A DNA stretch of 64,000 bases, from NCBI RefSeq assembly GCF_026571515.1, contig NW_026862146.1, positions 124,001-188,000 of the forward strand, written 5' to 3'. The DNA is from Ruditapes philippinarum (Eukaryota). Under the pieces are notes generated by a model. It saw nothing but the letters and a program-made list of their open reading frames with translations, ran no database searches and was not told the DNA's origin. Positions 51,601-62,062 of the stretch are shown one piece after another (positions within the stretch are counted from its first letter, which is position 1; the number at the start of each line of letters is the position of its first letter). Made by a program: the position numbers and the translations under genes.

Positions 51601-54058
51601 ATTAATGAAATCAGTGTAAAAAAACTCCAAAAAGTAGTCCAACACTTTGAATTATTTAGCCTAAAATAATTGCCGATCGGAGACCGCAAATTCACCGTAC
51701 AGAAATACGGTATGATGACTAACCTTTATCTATCTGTAAGTCGAGAATTTACACAAAACACTTTTAATTGATTTTAATAAAAAATTTTAGACACAGACTA
51801 ACATAAAAATGGACATGTCAAAAATAAATCTACCGGTAAAATTTGTCTTCTAAATGTCACATCAACCACGGTAAATTTTGCCGTAAAGTACAAATTAAAA
51901 AATTTTGTTTTACGATTCCTGATGAAATAGCTGATATAAATGTTCTTTTATTGAACAAAAATATTTAATTTTATATAATTGCAATCAGCAACAGCTAGAA
52001 TTGTGAATGTTTCAGCGGAAAACAGACAAATATTCATTTGTCACATATTTTCGCGATGTCGTGATTAAAAAAAATTCTAAAAGGAAGCCAAGTGTTATTT
52101 AAAGGTGTTTTATAACACTAAAAAATGATGTTTATGAAAAAAATTACTTTAGTTATTGTTTATATTTGTGGATATGGAGATATTTGTCATTATGTGTTCA
52201 GGTATATTTTTTAATGGAGGGAGGTGTGTGAAGAGAATCATAAAGAAAACAAAATGAAAGGTTATAAAGATATTCTTCAAATCTCAACAATCACTTCTGT
52301 ACAGTACAGTGTTGTCTATTAGGAACATTGACTGCAAATAATAGTTGTAGTAGATATCCATGTATAATTCTTTTATATTTCAGAATAAAGGTGTTATATT
52401 TATTTTTCACAATTAGAATTTTATTATGTTTAAAAAATCACAAAAGAAAAAGGCATAGGATGTGTTAAAAAAGTGAAAACAAAAATCACTGTAAATAACA
52501 GAAGCTACATCTTCTTATATCCTCATTAGATAAACAATGTTTATATGTACAGTGATTTTTAAAAAGTTAGAAATTTCCATATTTTTAACCTCGCCCATCA
52601 TGAAAATTAAATCTCTCAAGAAAATCTAATTTCTCTCATCAAAATTTCTCAAATGAGAGAAAATCTCTCACAAAAAATCCTGACCAGGATGATCCCTGTT
52701 GGTTGTTGTTTTTTTAAAGTTGCACCTGTGACCTATTCTGTAATGGTTGTAAAGCAACTTGGACAGCTCATTAACACAAAAAAAATCTAAGTTCTTAGCA
52801 GGATTAAAACCAATTGAGGAGCAAATCGTTTGAAGTTAGTGAATCTTAAACAATATGTGTGGGTCATCCTTGACAATGTTGTTCAATGTCAGACTACATT
52901 TTCGTATCAGTAAATAGCACTGAAACTGTTTCAGTTGTCTTCTTAAGCTCTGATCATTTGGAGTAAAACCTTTTTGGGGGGTAAAAATTTTTTGGTTTTT
53001 TTTCTTAAGATGCTCTTATTCATCTTGGTTTGCTGGAGGGGCTCACTGCCGAGTATTCATACCATTAGCTCCTCATCGGCATGTTCGGCCTCTGGCACCA
53101 TGCATGTCACGTCTGATTCTTACGCCACACCATCTCATCTGAAGTATCATATAAACAGCATGTCTTCATTTAAATAGCAATACAAGATAAAGACAAAGCA
53201 CGGGAACAGTAACTATGTTTAGAGCAATAAAAATAACATATTAAAAGATAAACTTGTGACTTAAAAGTGACAATAAATAATTAAGTAACACAATTACAAC
53301 AGCACTTTGCGAATTGAACTTGAGTCAAAGGATTTTTAAATAAATACTTCTAAAGTGAACAGACTACAATGAGTTAGCTTAGGAATTTTCAAATCAAAAA
53401 TACTAAATGGGCAGCGACTAAATTATGAACGAGCCCTATACTAAGTGGCATAGTATAATATGGTATGTACTTATAATCTTCCTATTTTTTGAAATGATTA
53501 AAAAATCCCTGTCCAACCTTCCAACCTCTTCAATCCGATACATATCCTACTCCAGCTAAGTCTTCAATTCTTGAATTTATCATTTTATTGTTGTTAGAAC
53601 CCTATCAAATACTAAAGAACTGCCTCCCTGTAGAAGCATCTGTTAATTTCCCTTCCTTATACAAGGGTAACTTCTTTAGAAAATCGGGAAGATGGGCTGC
53701 AGTATACTGGGCAACCTCAGCACCTGGTTTATATAAAATCATATATAAATAATAAATTTCAGTCAAATATGAAGTAAATCTGCAATGCCAAGATTATTCA
53801 TTTAATAAGTGTATAATATAAGGTATTATAAGCTACACAAAGTATGACAATTTAAATGTTTTAATTCAAAATGTATTTTAACTTAAATCACTCACCCAAA
53901 AAAACTTAGCCAAAGTGATTTTCAGTTTTATATTTCATTTAAAAAACCCATGACATTTATTCTAAGCAAAACCAAAGAGTACCTCCATGTCCATCATAGA
54001 CTGCAAAAAGAGCTGTGTTTGTTTCTGGGTCAAAATCACTGATACAGTTGTGAGCATC
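42429..54058 (-). CDS. PPM1G: Protein phosphatase 1G (PP2C gamma), spliced gene span; exon 1 not found
   Basis: Exons 54058-53983, 53723-~53518, 53138-~52898, 50638-50052, 49429-49320, 48880-48763, 44928-44694, 44094-43965, 43395-43302, 42632-42429. PP2C motifs [55 protein letters not shown]. The large acidic insertion is diagnostic of PPM1G. Confidence 0.93.
43302..43395 (-). CDS. PPM1G: PPM1G exon
   Basis: [16 protein letters not shown]...SLICEE. Confidence 0.92.
43965..44094 (-). CDS. PPM1G: PPM1G catalytic exon
   Basis: DHWYKRN...[10 protein letters not shown]...[12 protein letters not shown]. Confidence 0.95.
44197..44424 (-). mobile_element. tRNA-derived SINE with 12-bp TSD
   Basis: TSD taagagtaatgt at 44185-44196 and 44425-44436; B box (ggatcgaaccc on plus); (AAAC)n tail. 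Confidence 0.8.
44694..44928 (-). CDS. PPM1G: PPM1G catalytic exon
   Basis: [10 protein letters not shown]...[10 protein letters not shown]...DHKPED...[13 protein letters not shown]. Confidence 0.96.
45288..47588 (+). mobile_element. Satellite-carrying element (same unit as 19.7-20.5 kb), interrupted by a DNA transposon
   Basis: aactagaactgtgtcc start, 167-bp and ~115-bp units, (GGAC)n, atgcccaccactttgttggggcat palindrome. Confidence 0.85.
45440..46730. mobile_element. Non-autonomous TIR element, 5-bp TSD (hAT5-like)
   Basis: TIR cagtgttcaatctaga / tctagattgaacactg; TSD gttca. The empty site ggttgttcatccct is visible in neighbouring satellite units. Confidence 0.92.
48457..48684. mobile_element. 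Second copy of the same palindromic MITE
   Basis: High similarity to 19069-19303; flanked by atat/atat. Confidence 0.85.
48763..48880 (-). CDS. PPM1G: PPM1G acidic exon
   Basis: Poly-D/E then [24 protein letters not shown], joining in frame to PGTDSG. Confidence 0.85.
49320..49429 (-). CDS. PPM1G: PPM1G acidic exon
   Basis: [36 protein letters not shown]. Confidence 0.85.
50052..50638 (-). CDS. PPM1G: PPM1G insertion-domain exon (Ser/Gly/acidic low complexity)
   Basis: 587-nt open exon inside ORF 50019..50657, with AG/GT boundaries and phase continuity to the next exon. Confidence 0.85.
51400..52698. mobile_element. Non-autonomous TIR element, 5-bp TSD (hAT5-like)
   Basis: TIR cagggatcattct / aggatgatccctg; TSD ttggt on both sides. 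Confidence 0.88.
52898..53138 (-). CDS. PPM1G: PPM1G exon, heavily frameshifted
   Basis: Fragments resembling the conserved EAxMPxEEL and PMIRA segments, at the expected position between flanking exons. Boundaries approximate. Confidence 0.55.
53518..53723 (-). CDS. PPM1G: PPM1G exon, frameshifted in its 3' half
   Basis: [30 protein letters not shown], then indels with recognisable FDRVLT, QELK and LAGV pieces in shifting frames. 3' boundary approximate. Confidence 0.8.
53983..54058 (-). CDS. PPM1G: PPM1G exon ([25 protein letters not shown])
   Basis: Metal-binding DGHG motif, clean splice sites. Confidence 0.92.
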
Positions 54059-54743
54059 CTGAAATATTCATTCATGTTGTAATTAAATAAAAGTTTTACT
54101 ATTAAATAAATGAGAGTAACCAGAGCATGACATTATTTATTAAAATCACCGTCTAAAAGGTATTACGCATGTATATTTTCATAGAAATTACTTAAATCAG
54201 TCGTAGTGGCATCTGCCATAATAAATAGATATTTTCTACAATAACTTGAACATAAATTGCATATTTGTCTGCACATTTTTTATGAATATTTACATATAAT
54301 TTTATGGGTGGAATAATTTCTACAATCATATTTGATATTTTTTTTAAGTTAAGTAACTGGTTAATTTCATTTTAGTTAAAAACTCCCAAGGACGTAACTA
54401 ATGTCTGGAATGTACAGAAGTACAGAAGACAAAGTTTGGCTAGGTTTTCAGATACGTGAATAGAAATCATATTCATAATCCGACAGTTAAAGGAAAAACT
54501 TATGTTTTATTTATAAAGAAAAAAACTTCCTTTTTTTTCATGCAATGAGAGCTCTGTTCAAACTCCAACTCTCATTAACCCCTAGCTTACTCTGCTAATA
54601 TACATCATATTCATCAACTGCATAAGTGCAGCAAAGATGGCTTAACATATTCAACGTGCTCTGTGCTCCTACTTTTATGTGCTTGGAGTACTCCCAAGGA
54701 CTTCTACTTTGAAAATCCTAGTGAGAACCCTGCTTAAATTATT

Positions 54744-55179
54744 CAGTGTTGAATCTAGGTTGCGCGATTGCGCAATTTGCATTTTTTATGCAGATCGCAC
54801 ATTTTAATGAAGTCAAAGCACGCCAAGTCGCGCATCTGACAATCTTTTCAACTATGAACTTAATTCAGTATCTTCATCGTATCTTGAACGATTCAGCCAT
54901 GTTTGTTTTCACTCATGGTTATGACTAAAATATGTACTAAATCGCGTGTAGCAGCTGACTGAGTCATCTCACGTGTGTTTTGTAGTATTCGTCAATATTT
55001 TATTTTATTTTTGAGCGGATGATAGCTGTCAAAAATGCCTGAACGTAAAATAAATGACTTCTATTCGGTATGTCATATTGTAAGGTAAATGTATGCCCCC
55101 CACATTTTTTTAAATCCCCCACATTTTTCAATTATGGGGGACAATCCCCCATAATTTTGAAATTCTAGATGCAACACTG
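54744..55179. mobile_element. MITE with CAGTGTT termini
   Basis: TIR cagtgttgaatctag / ctagatgcaacactg; flanks attatt/gttatt (imperfect 6-bp TSD). Confidence 0.8.
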
Positions 55180-55536
55180 GTTATTTCAATTGGTCAGCAT
55201 CTTCTTATGTTTCTATATTGATGGTCACACTAATTTAAAGAAAGAATCATTTTTACATTCAACAGAGTTTATTATAAAATAATGCTTGAAATGTCTGGGC
55301 CGGAAAAATATCATCCGGGCCGGAAATAAACCTAAGGGTCACGGTCCTTGTGGCCTGGAAAAAAAAAATGACTTTCGCATACACTGACATAAACTACCTC
55401 ATAGTTTCTAACAGGTAAAAAAATCAGCAAGTGTTTGACCATGTGATAACAAGATTGACCTTTACCAGTTAATTTGGGTTAAAAAAGTCGCTAACCTCCT
55501 AAATGTCATATCCGGAAGAGTCAACTCGGCCCTATA

Positions 55537-56400
55537 CATACATGCCATAATTTTTGGACAGCTTTCCGGGACACTTTTCATCGCGGCAATAATGGATGTG
55601 TAGGCAGTTGTGGAAAAGGGGGGGGGGGGTGTCAATCGTATAACGTTATTAAATTAGGACGACTTTCTCCTGAATTTTAATGATAAAACAGTTAACTTAC
55701 TAATTTATAAGTTGTCTTTTAGGTCGACATATTTATCATTTAAAAAGTATTTCTTATTTTAATTTATTATTCCCTAAAAGCAAGTAAGTTGTAAATTATA
55801 TAAACCCGGTGAATGGGCGCAGCCATGTTGTTCACCCGTTATATCTTAAAGTCATGATAATTACTACATGTCACGTAATGCAATTCTTCCAGTCATAAAA
55901 ACAAACACAGCAAGGTGATTTATTTGACACCTTTTAATTTTTTAATTTGATAGATATATTTACATTGTTTGTAATAATTAGACTTTCGGCAAGTTAGCGA
56001 TTGATCTAAAAATTAATGATTATCGGGGATTAACGATAATTGTTTAGGGCCGTAAACAATTAATTAACCCGACCATTAAACGCTGCCGAATTCAACAGGG
56101 AATGTTAATTGCCGATGCATGAAGAATCTATTGCCGAGGGGAATCGACAGTCGATAATTGGGGGGCTGTATATTGTAAACTTGTAAGTGTCAACGTTCCT
56201 GTGTATTATGTGTACCAGGTCAGATTATGTTTTACGATCTAGAGGTGAAATGTGCGAGATTTGATTTAAGAAAATATATGAAAATTTTGCAAAATATCAT
56301 GATTTTTTTTCCGGGATCAAATCGATGCCCGGGACATCTCCGGGACAGACATCCGATTTCCGGGACAATCCCGGGCATCCAGGACTTTATGGCATGTATG
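55537..56400. mobile_element. Nested TIR element, 8-bp TSD (hAT/P-like)
   Basis: Perfect 14-bp TIR catacatgccataa / ttatggcatgtatg; TSD gccctata / gccatata; subterminal ccggga(c) motifs. Confidence 0.85.
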
Positions 56401-56624
56401 GCCATATACCAACTCGGCACGGGTCAACTCGGCCCACTTTAGAAAAATATATAGGCCTATAACGTATACAATTTACTTTGCTTTGCATGTCGTTAAGGTA
56501 AATGAATAATAAGAAATATCTTATTATTATTATATGATTATACATTGTACCTCTGCTGAAATAAAGTATATTTAGAAAAAAAAGTTATTTATTTGTCTTG
56601 CAGATTTGATAAAATTAATATAGA

Positions 56625-56721
56625 CACAGGCACGATTATCGAACCTGGGAAGAAAAAATATGAACAGATTGATAAAATAACTTCATATTTTTTCTTCCCA
56701 GGTCCTATACTTGTGCCTGTG
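56625..56721. mobile_element. 97-bp hairpin MITE, perfect 8-bp TSD
   Basis: cacaggcac...cctgggaagaaaaaatatgaa / ttcatattttttcttcccagg...gtgcctgtg; TSD aatataga. Confidence 0.88.
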
Positions 56722-57530
56722 AATATAGATATAATAAAAATGTGTTTCCTTAGATGCATTTTGTTTGTAAAGTAATTTTCAAAAAAAAATGAAACAAAAA
56801 CGTGTTTACTTAATAGCATAAGCTTCTAATTAATTGCAGGTGGTCACCCCAATAAAATTTGAATGAATGAGTCAACAGTGTTTTTTTTTCACTTTTTGGG
56901 TGCCGTTTGGAGGGGGAAAAATGCAAAAGGAGGGGGAATTTTATTTCTTCACAAATGAAGAAACAAAAACGAATCCAATGCAAATTTTAATACAACATCA
57001 CTTACCACTGTAAGATTTACTTTTGTTTGTTTGTTTGACATTGTTTTCTTTCCAGTGAGTAGAAAAGGGGAGCAACTCTTGCAACAAAAGTTTAAAATAC
57101 GCCGCTTTTTCTTAATATACAGATCTAAAATATTGACAGCAGAATTTAAAGAGTCGCATGTTAAACTTGTTGGGACGCCAGGAGTAGCTCCCCTTACATA
57201 CCCGTGAACAATTTGTAAACAACTTTGATTAACAGTAAGTTATACAGGCTTAATATAAAACATTTTTCGGTAGTTATATGCAAAAAAAATGGTATCCATT
57301 GCAGGCAAATTTGGCTGCCATATGAGTGGGGAAATTTCGGCTTTGAGAGGGGAAAAAAACATACTATTTTGAGGGGAGAATGTAGTCCTAATTATAAGAC
57401 CTATACGTAACCTATTTCATATTTATCATTCATTAATCTGATATTTTACATTTTTCATTTTCCATGTTACGTTAGGTCTTAACAGATCTTTGCAAAATCG
57501 CGTAGCAAAAAAATTGACATTAGACATCGA

Positions 57531-58372
57531 CAGGGCTCAAGCTAGGTTCAAAATTTAGGGAGAAGTCACTTCTCCCTCCAGCTGATTTAGGGAGAAGTGG
57601 GGAGACTTTAGGGAGAAGTGAGGAGGATTCTAATGTATTGATGTTATGTTGTAGTGTTTACGCAATAATGTTGATCACTGTCATATCTTTTTAAATTATA
57701 TGATTTGTGTTACAACGAACTATTTTTCATTTCACTTTATTTGATAAATACAGGAATACGTCGCGTTAAATGCTTTATCAAATTGTAACACTCGTCGACA
57801 AAAAAGGTTATCATAAACTTTCACTTGTATAAATACCGTTACATTGTTTTATGTCGAGCGGCTTCCGCTTAAATTCTGACAACTACTTCGATAAGTGAAT
57901 CATTAATTTGACGTTTGACTCCGTCAGCTACAAGTATTGTTACACGGTAGTTTGTAATGTTAGCTAATTAATTGATGTTAAATAATGTCGCTCGATTAAA
58001 ACGTGAATTACACATTGGTTTCTCGCACCGTATGCGGTAATCTCGCCATGGGCGGAGTCTAATTGTTTTCCCGTCGAGCGTGCTGTTAATTTAGACTTTT
58101 ATGGGGACTATGTTGGTAATCAAACGGAATAGAATGATCATTTCGCGTTGACGTTGAGATGGCATGACAGTTCCTTTTTTCCGGCGGCGAGGGTAAACAA
58201 AGCAAACACAAACCACATGTTACTTCACAGTTTATTGTTTGGTAAATTTACAATAATGATCAATAAAATCCGGGCGCCTTCATCTTCGCTTTCCATGTAG
58301 ATGTCGGCGAAGTCCAGACGGAGAATTCGGCGACTAGTTCGCCCGAATTCGCCCACTTCAGCTCGAGCCCTG
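57531..58372. mobile_element. Nested TIR element, 5-bp TSD (hAT5-like)
   Basis: TIR cagggctcaagct / agctcgagccctg; TSD atcga; subterminal tttagggagaagt x3. Confidence 0.88.
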
Positions 58373-60236
58373 ATCGATCTTTAGATCTATGATGAAATTT
58401 AAACAAGTTAAAACAGTGTGTATTTTACATTAATTCTTGACGTCTCTTTATGAACAAACTACCACAAAAATAAATCCACCTTTAAAACAAAATAATTGAA
58501 CGTCACAACCGAATAAGCATGATTAATCCTCTGCATTTAATTAATCTCTTTGTACAATGCCGATATATCAAAATGGCCGCCCTATCAGTGCGCGAAAATT
58601 TGATTGCTAATGTCAAAGCAAGCGTTTAAAATGTCCAATGAAGTTTACTAATCTAACGGAATGATTTTCAACGAATAATGGCCATGGCTCCGTCAAGTGT
58701 GTTCGAATAGATCTTTTCTCCGTTCAAAAAATTGGAGATCAATTCTGTATAAACGCTTCTACTTTAACCAGGATGGCCGATGATGCGCAAATAGACTGAT
58801 TATTTATCATTTTGAATTTTTAATTGATTAAGTACATTGGTTTGAAAGTTTTTTGATGAAGACCATGCCTAATGGAAAGGAACCAGAAGATAGAGCTTCT
58901 GAATAAAGGCTTGAAGCAATCAACAGACATTTGTTTCTAATATTTTTCAAAAAATGCTGACCGTTTAAGTGAGAAATAATATTAGATCGTCAGCTTCAAC
59001 CTAACAAAAACTATAACAACTGTAACGTCCTAATCTATTGGACCTAGGGGGAATGGGAGCCAAATTCGCCGATATTTTGGTGAACAAAAAAAACACTGGT
59101 CAATCATATTCTACTACCTAAGTTAATCGGTATCTTTAATACATACACATTGATTGAAGATAATAATACATCCTTTCTTTTCAAGTGGGCCGAGTTGTGC
59201 GAATAGGGCCAAGCGCTGACTTGGGGGCCGGCTGACCCGGATTCGGTCATATCCGACGCTGTAGTCGGCGTAATTGTATGTTGCAATTTCAAATTGACGG
59301 TCATTATTATTTTTGATACTTTAGAATAGAGTATAGAACGGGTTCATTAAAATAATTGTTTTATCGGCAAGAATGCCACAAGAGATTAATTTGGGACAAG
59401 GGGGTATTTACAAATGAAAAATAAGGTTATAATCAACGCATTGGTCATTCTGGTTAGGTTCGTTACGGGTCTAGGTGGTGCCCCTATTTTACGAATTTTG
59501 TCGATTGGTCCTCTGGGAAATGGTTAACTAGGCTGGGGCAACTCTCTCGATCGAGGCATATTAAGATCAAGACACGGCTATTTTTAGCCTCGTTTGGCTA
59601 TATGACAATGAATGAAAACGTGGGTAAACTGGCATTTTTAACATACTTTTCCGAAATCATCGCGCACGGTAGACGGAATTATGCAACGTTACACTTTTCA
59701 ACTACTTCAAGCCGAGAATCAAGATATCAATACAATTCAGACATCCAGCTTTTTATGAAATTGGGGTAAAATACTGACAATTTTCGAATAGAATTACCAC
59801 CAGATATTTGCTGCTTTTCAACCTATAATTAGACACCGCTGTCACACGATCTTTTGGCCAAAACCTCTGTCACTTGTTGCTTGTGTCCACTTTCGGTTGA
59901 AATTTTTAAGAAATCAAGACTGCTGCAATCAGCACAACGAATTTTCATTGTTTTTTTCATTAATTAGTACTAGGGTGTTTGGCATAATAGTTATGATCGC
60001 ACATTATTTGTATTATAATTTAATATGGTATTTTTGTATATTAAATGAACAATAACAAATTTTATTTTTGAAAAATAAATGTTTTTAATTTCAATAGATC
60101 CGTATTTGTTTACAGCTTTAATTGAATATCATATATAAACAAAAGGTGCATGTGAAGTGTGAAAATAAAAAAAAAGAAAAAAGTTTTTTTTTTTATATTA
60201 ATTATTTTGGTAAAATGCTTGTTCTCTGTGCTGTAG

Positions 60237-61260
60237 ACAGCCATGAAAATTCACAGGTAGAACAACAGTCCCTTGCGCATAAAAGTAAAAAATCACTAAA
60301 AATTAAAGGTTGTGATATATTGAATTACATGAAGACCGAAATGAGACTGTAAACCACGTAATGAAGTGCAATAAGTGTCAGTTGGTGTAGACTGATGTTA
60401 GGCATATTCTATTAAAAAAAAGAGAAAGTTGCAATTAAACATAGACGATATTATTGAGTGATATCTCACAATAATGAACTTCATGAGACATGAACTTGAA
60501 AACTTTGCGTCTGCATAGGTCATATATCAATATTAAATTAGGACATGAAACGGCAGAAAATAATCCTGCAATTACAAGATTATACAAATTCTATCCAATT
60601 TTCAATTACAAAATCTGTTGATTGATAAAACAAATTATTGGTCTTCTTTATAAATAGCAGTATGCGCTTTATACAACAGCAAAACTGCAAAAAAGAATGT
60701 GGTTATGTGTGATCATCATCTGATAATTAATCATAAACGCTTCTAACCTGACATATTTGCTCCACTCGCAATTCTGTTGTAATTCAGAAACATATTACAT
60801 AAGTGAATGCATAATTAATATCACAGATACACGAACAAGCAGAAACCATGCTCGGTGGGAGTTATAATGAGGCTTCAAACTGTTGTTGAAATCCATTTCT
60901 GTGAAGCCATGGAAATTAAGCCCCCAAGGGGATATTGTAACTTTTGCTTGACATATCAAGTTGTAGCAAGAACTGAGGGTTACAATGGATTTATAATGCA
61001 ACTGCATTCTGTAATACGACTAGTGCATATATAGATGCGCTAAACTTAATAGCGAATAATACAAGTGTCAGCCTTGTTACAGCCCAAGAAATGGGTTATA
61101 TAATGTTAATGCAAAAGATTGCTATCTTCAATCGAATGTAGAAACCGCATTGGGTAGTAAATCATGGCCAGATTATGAACAAAATCAGGAAGCCAAATTT
61201 GTAATACAACATGATAGGTTGCTAGAGAGGTGCTGTCTGAGCATTGGTCCTGAATTCATG
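60237..61260 (+). pseudogene. Frameshifted upstream exon-like segments of the same transposase
   Basis: Coding-like sequence after an AG acceptor at 60236, with a PQGDIVTFA...QVVART segment near 60925-60975 where the first catalytic Asp would be expected; many stops and indels. Confidence 0.4.
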
Positions 61261-62062
61261 CATCTGAAGCGATATATTTTTATTTTATATTTATTAATAA
61301 ATGGCTGAGGTTCATAAAGTGAGATTGCGTAAAAAAATAAAAATGTTTACTATCATGTAATAGTATTTTCTGTTTGTTTTATTTCAACACAGTATGCTGA
61401 AAAATTCAATTCACATACTCTGTAAAACAAGAAATTTCTTGATTTTTTTTTAGTTTGAAAAAAAAATAAAATAATGAGTGCATATACATAGAAAAATAAA
61501 ACATTGTGACAAATTCAACAGCAAGACTTACAAATGAAATTCAACTTATTATTTAAAATTGCAACACATTATTTAATTTTCAAATTAGTAAATATATAAA
61601 AGTCATAAATAGATTTTTGTAAAGGATTCTTTTTATTAACTCTATTATCTGTAATACATAAAAAATGAAAGAACATAAAATATGTTGCGTATATATAACA
61701 TACAATAAAAACGATATTTTTCGATAATGGGACTAGAAAGACTATACGGGAATGACCAATACCGAAAGAAAAAATAAAATAAGAATAAATAAATTTATAA
61801 CTAAAGAATCATACAGCAGAAGGCAATTGAAAAGCGCAACGGCGAGCGTCACTCAATAACGTCACGTCACGTCACTTCCTTTCTTTTGTTTATTTATCCT
61901 TTTATGCATAATAAATGCTGCTTAAGAACGCTGAAAGTTACTATGGCTAATTTAGATTAGCGTTTTATCAAAACGTTTCTATAATTTTAAGATAAAATTA
62001 TCCATCATAAAACTGTCTTTGAAATATAGTTTAAAACAAAAATTATATTATATGTTCAAAAG

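Larger units (their letters stand above)
55512..59246. mobile_element. Outer DNA transposon hosting three nested insertions
   Basis: Terminal motif arrays caactcggccc (left) and gggccgagttg...gacccggattcg (right); direct repeat gtcatatccg at 55505-55514 and 59246-59255. Exact ends are ambiguous by a few bases. Confidence 0.72.
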
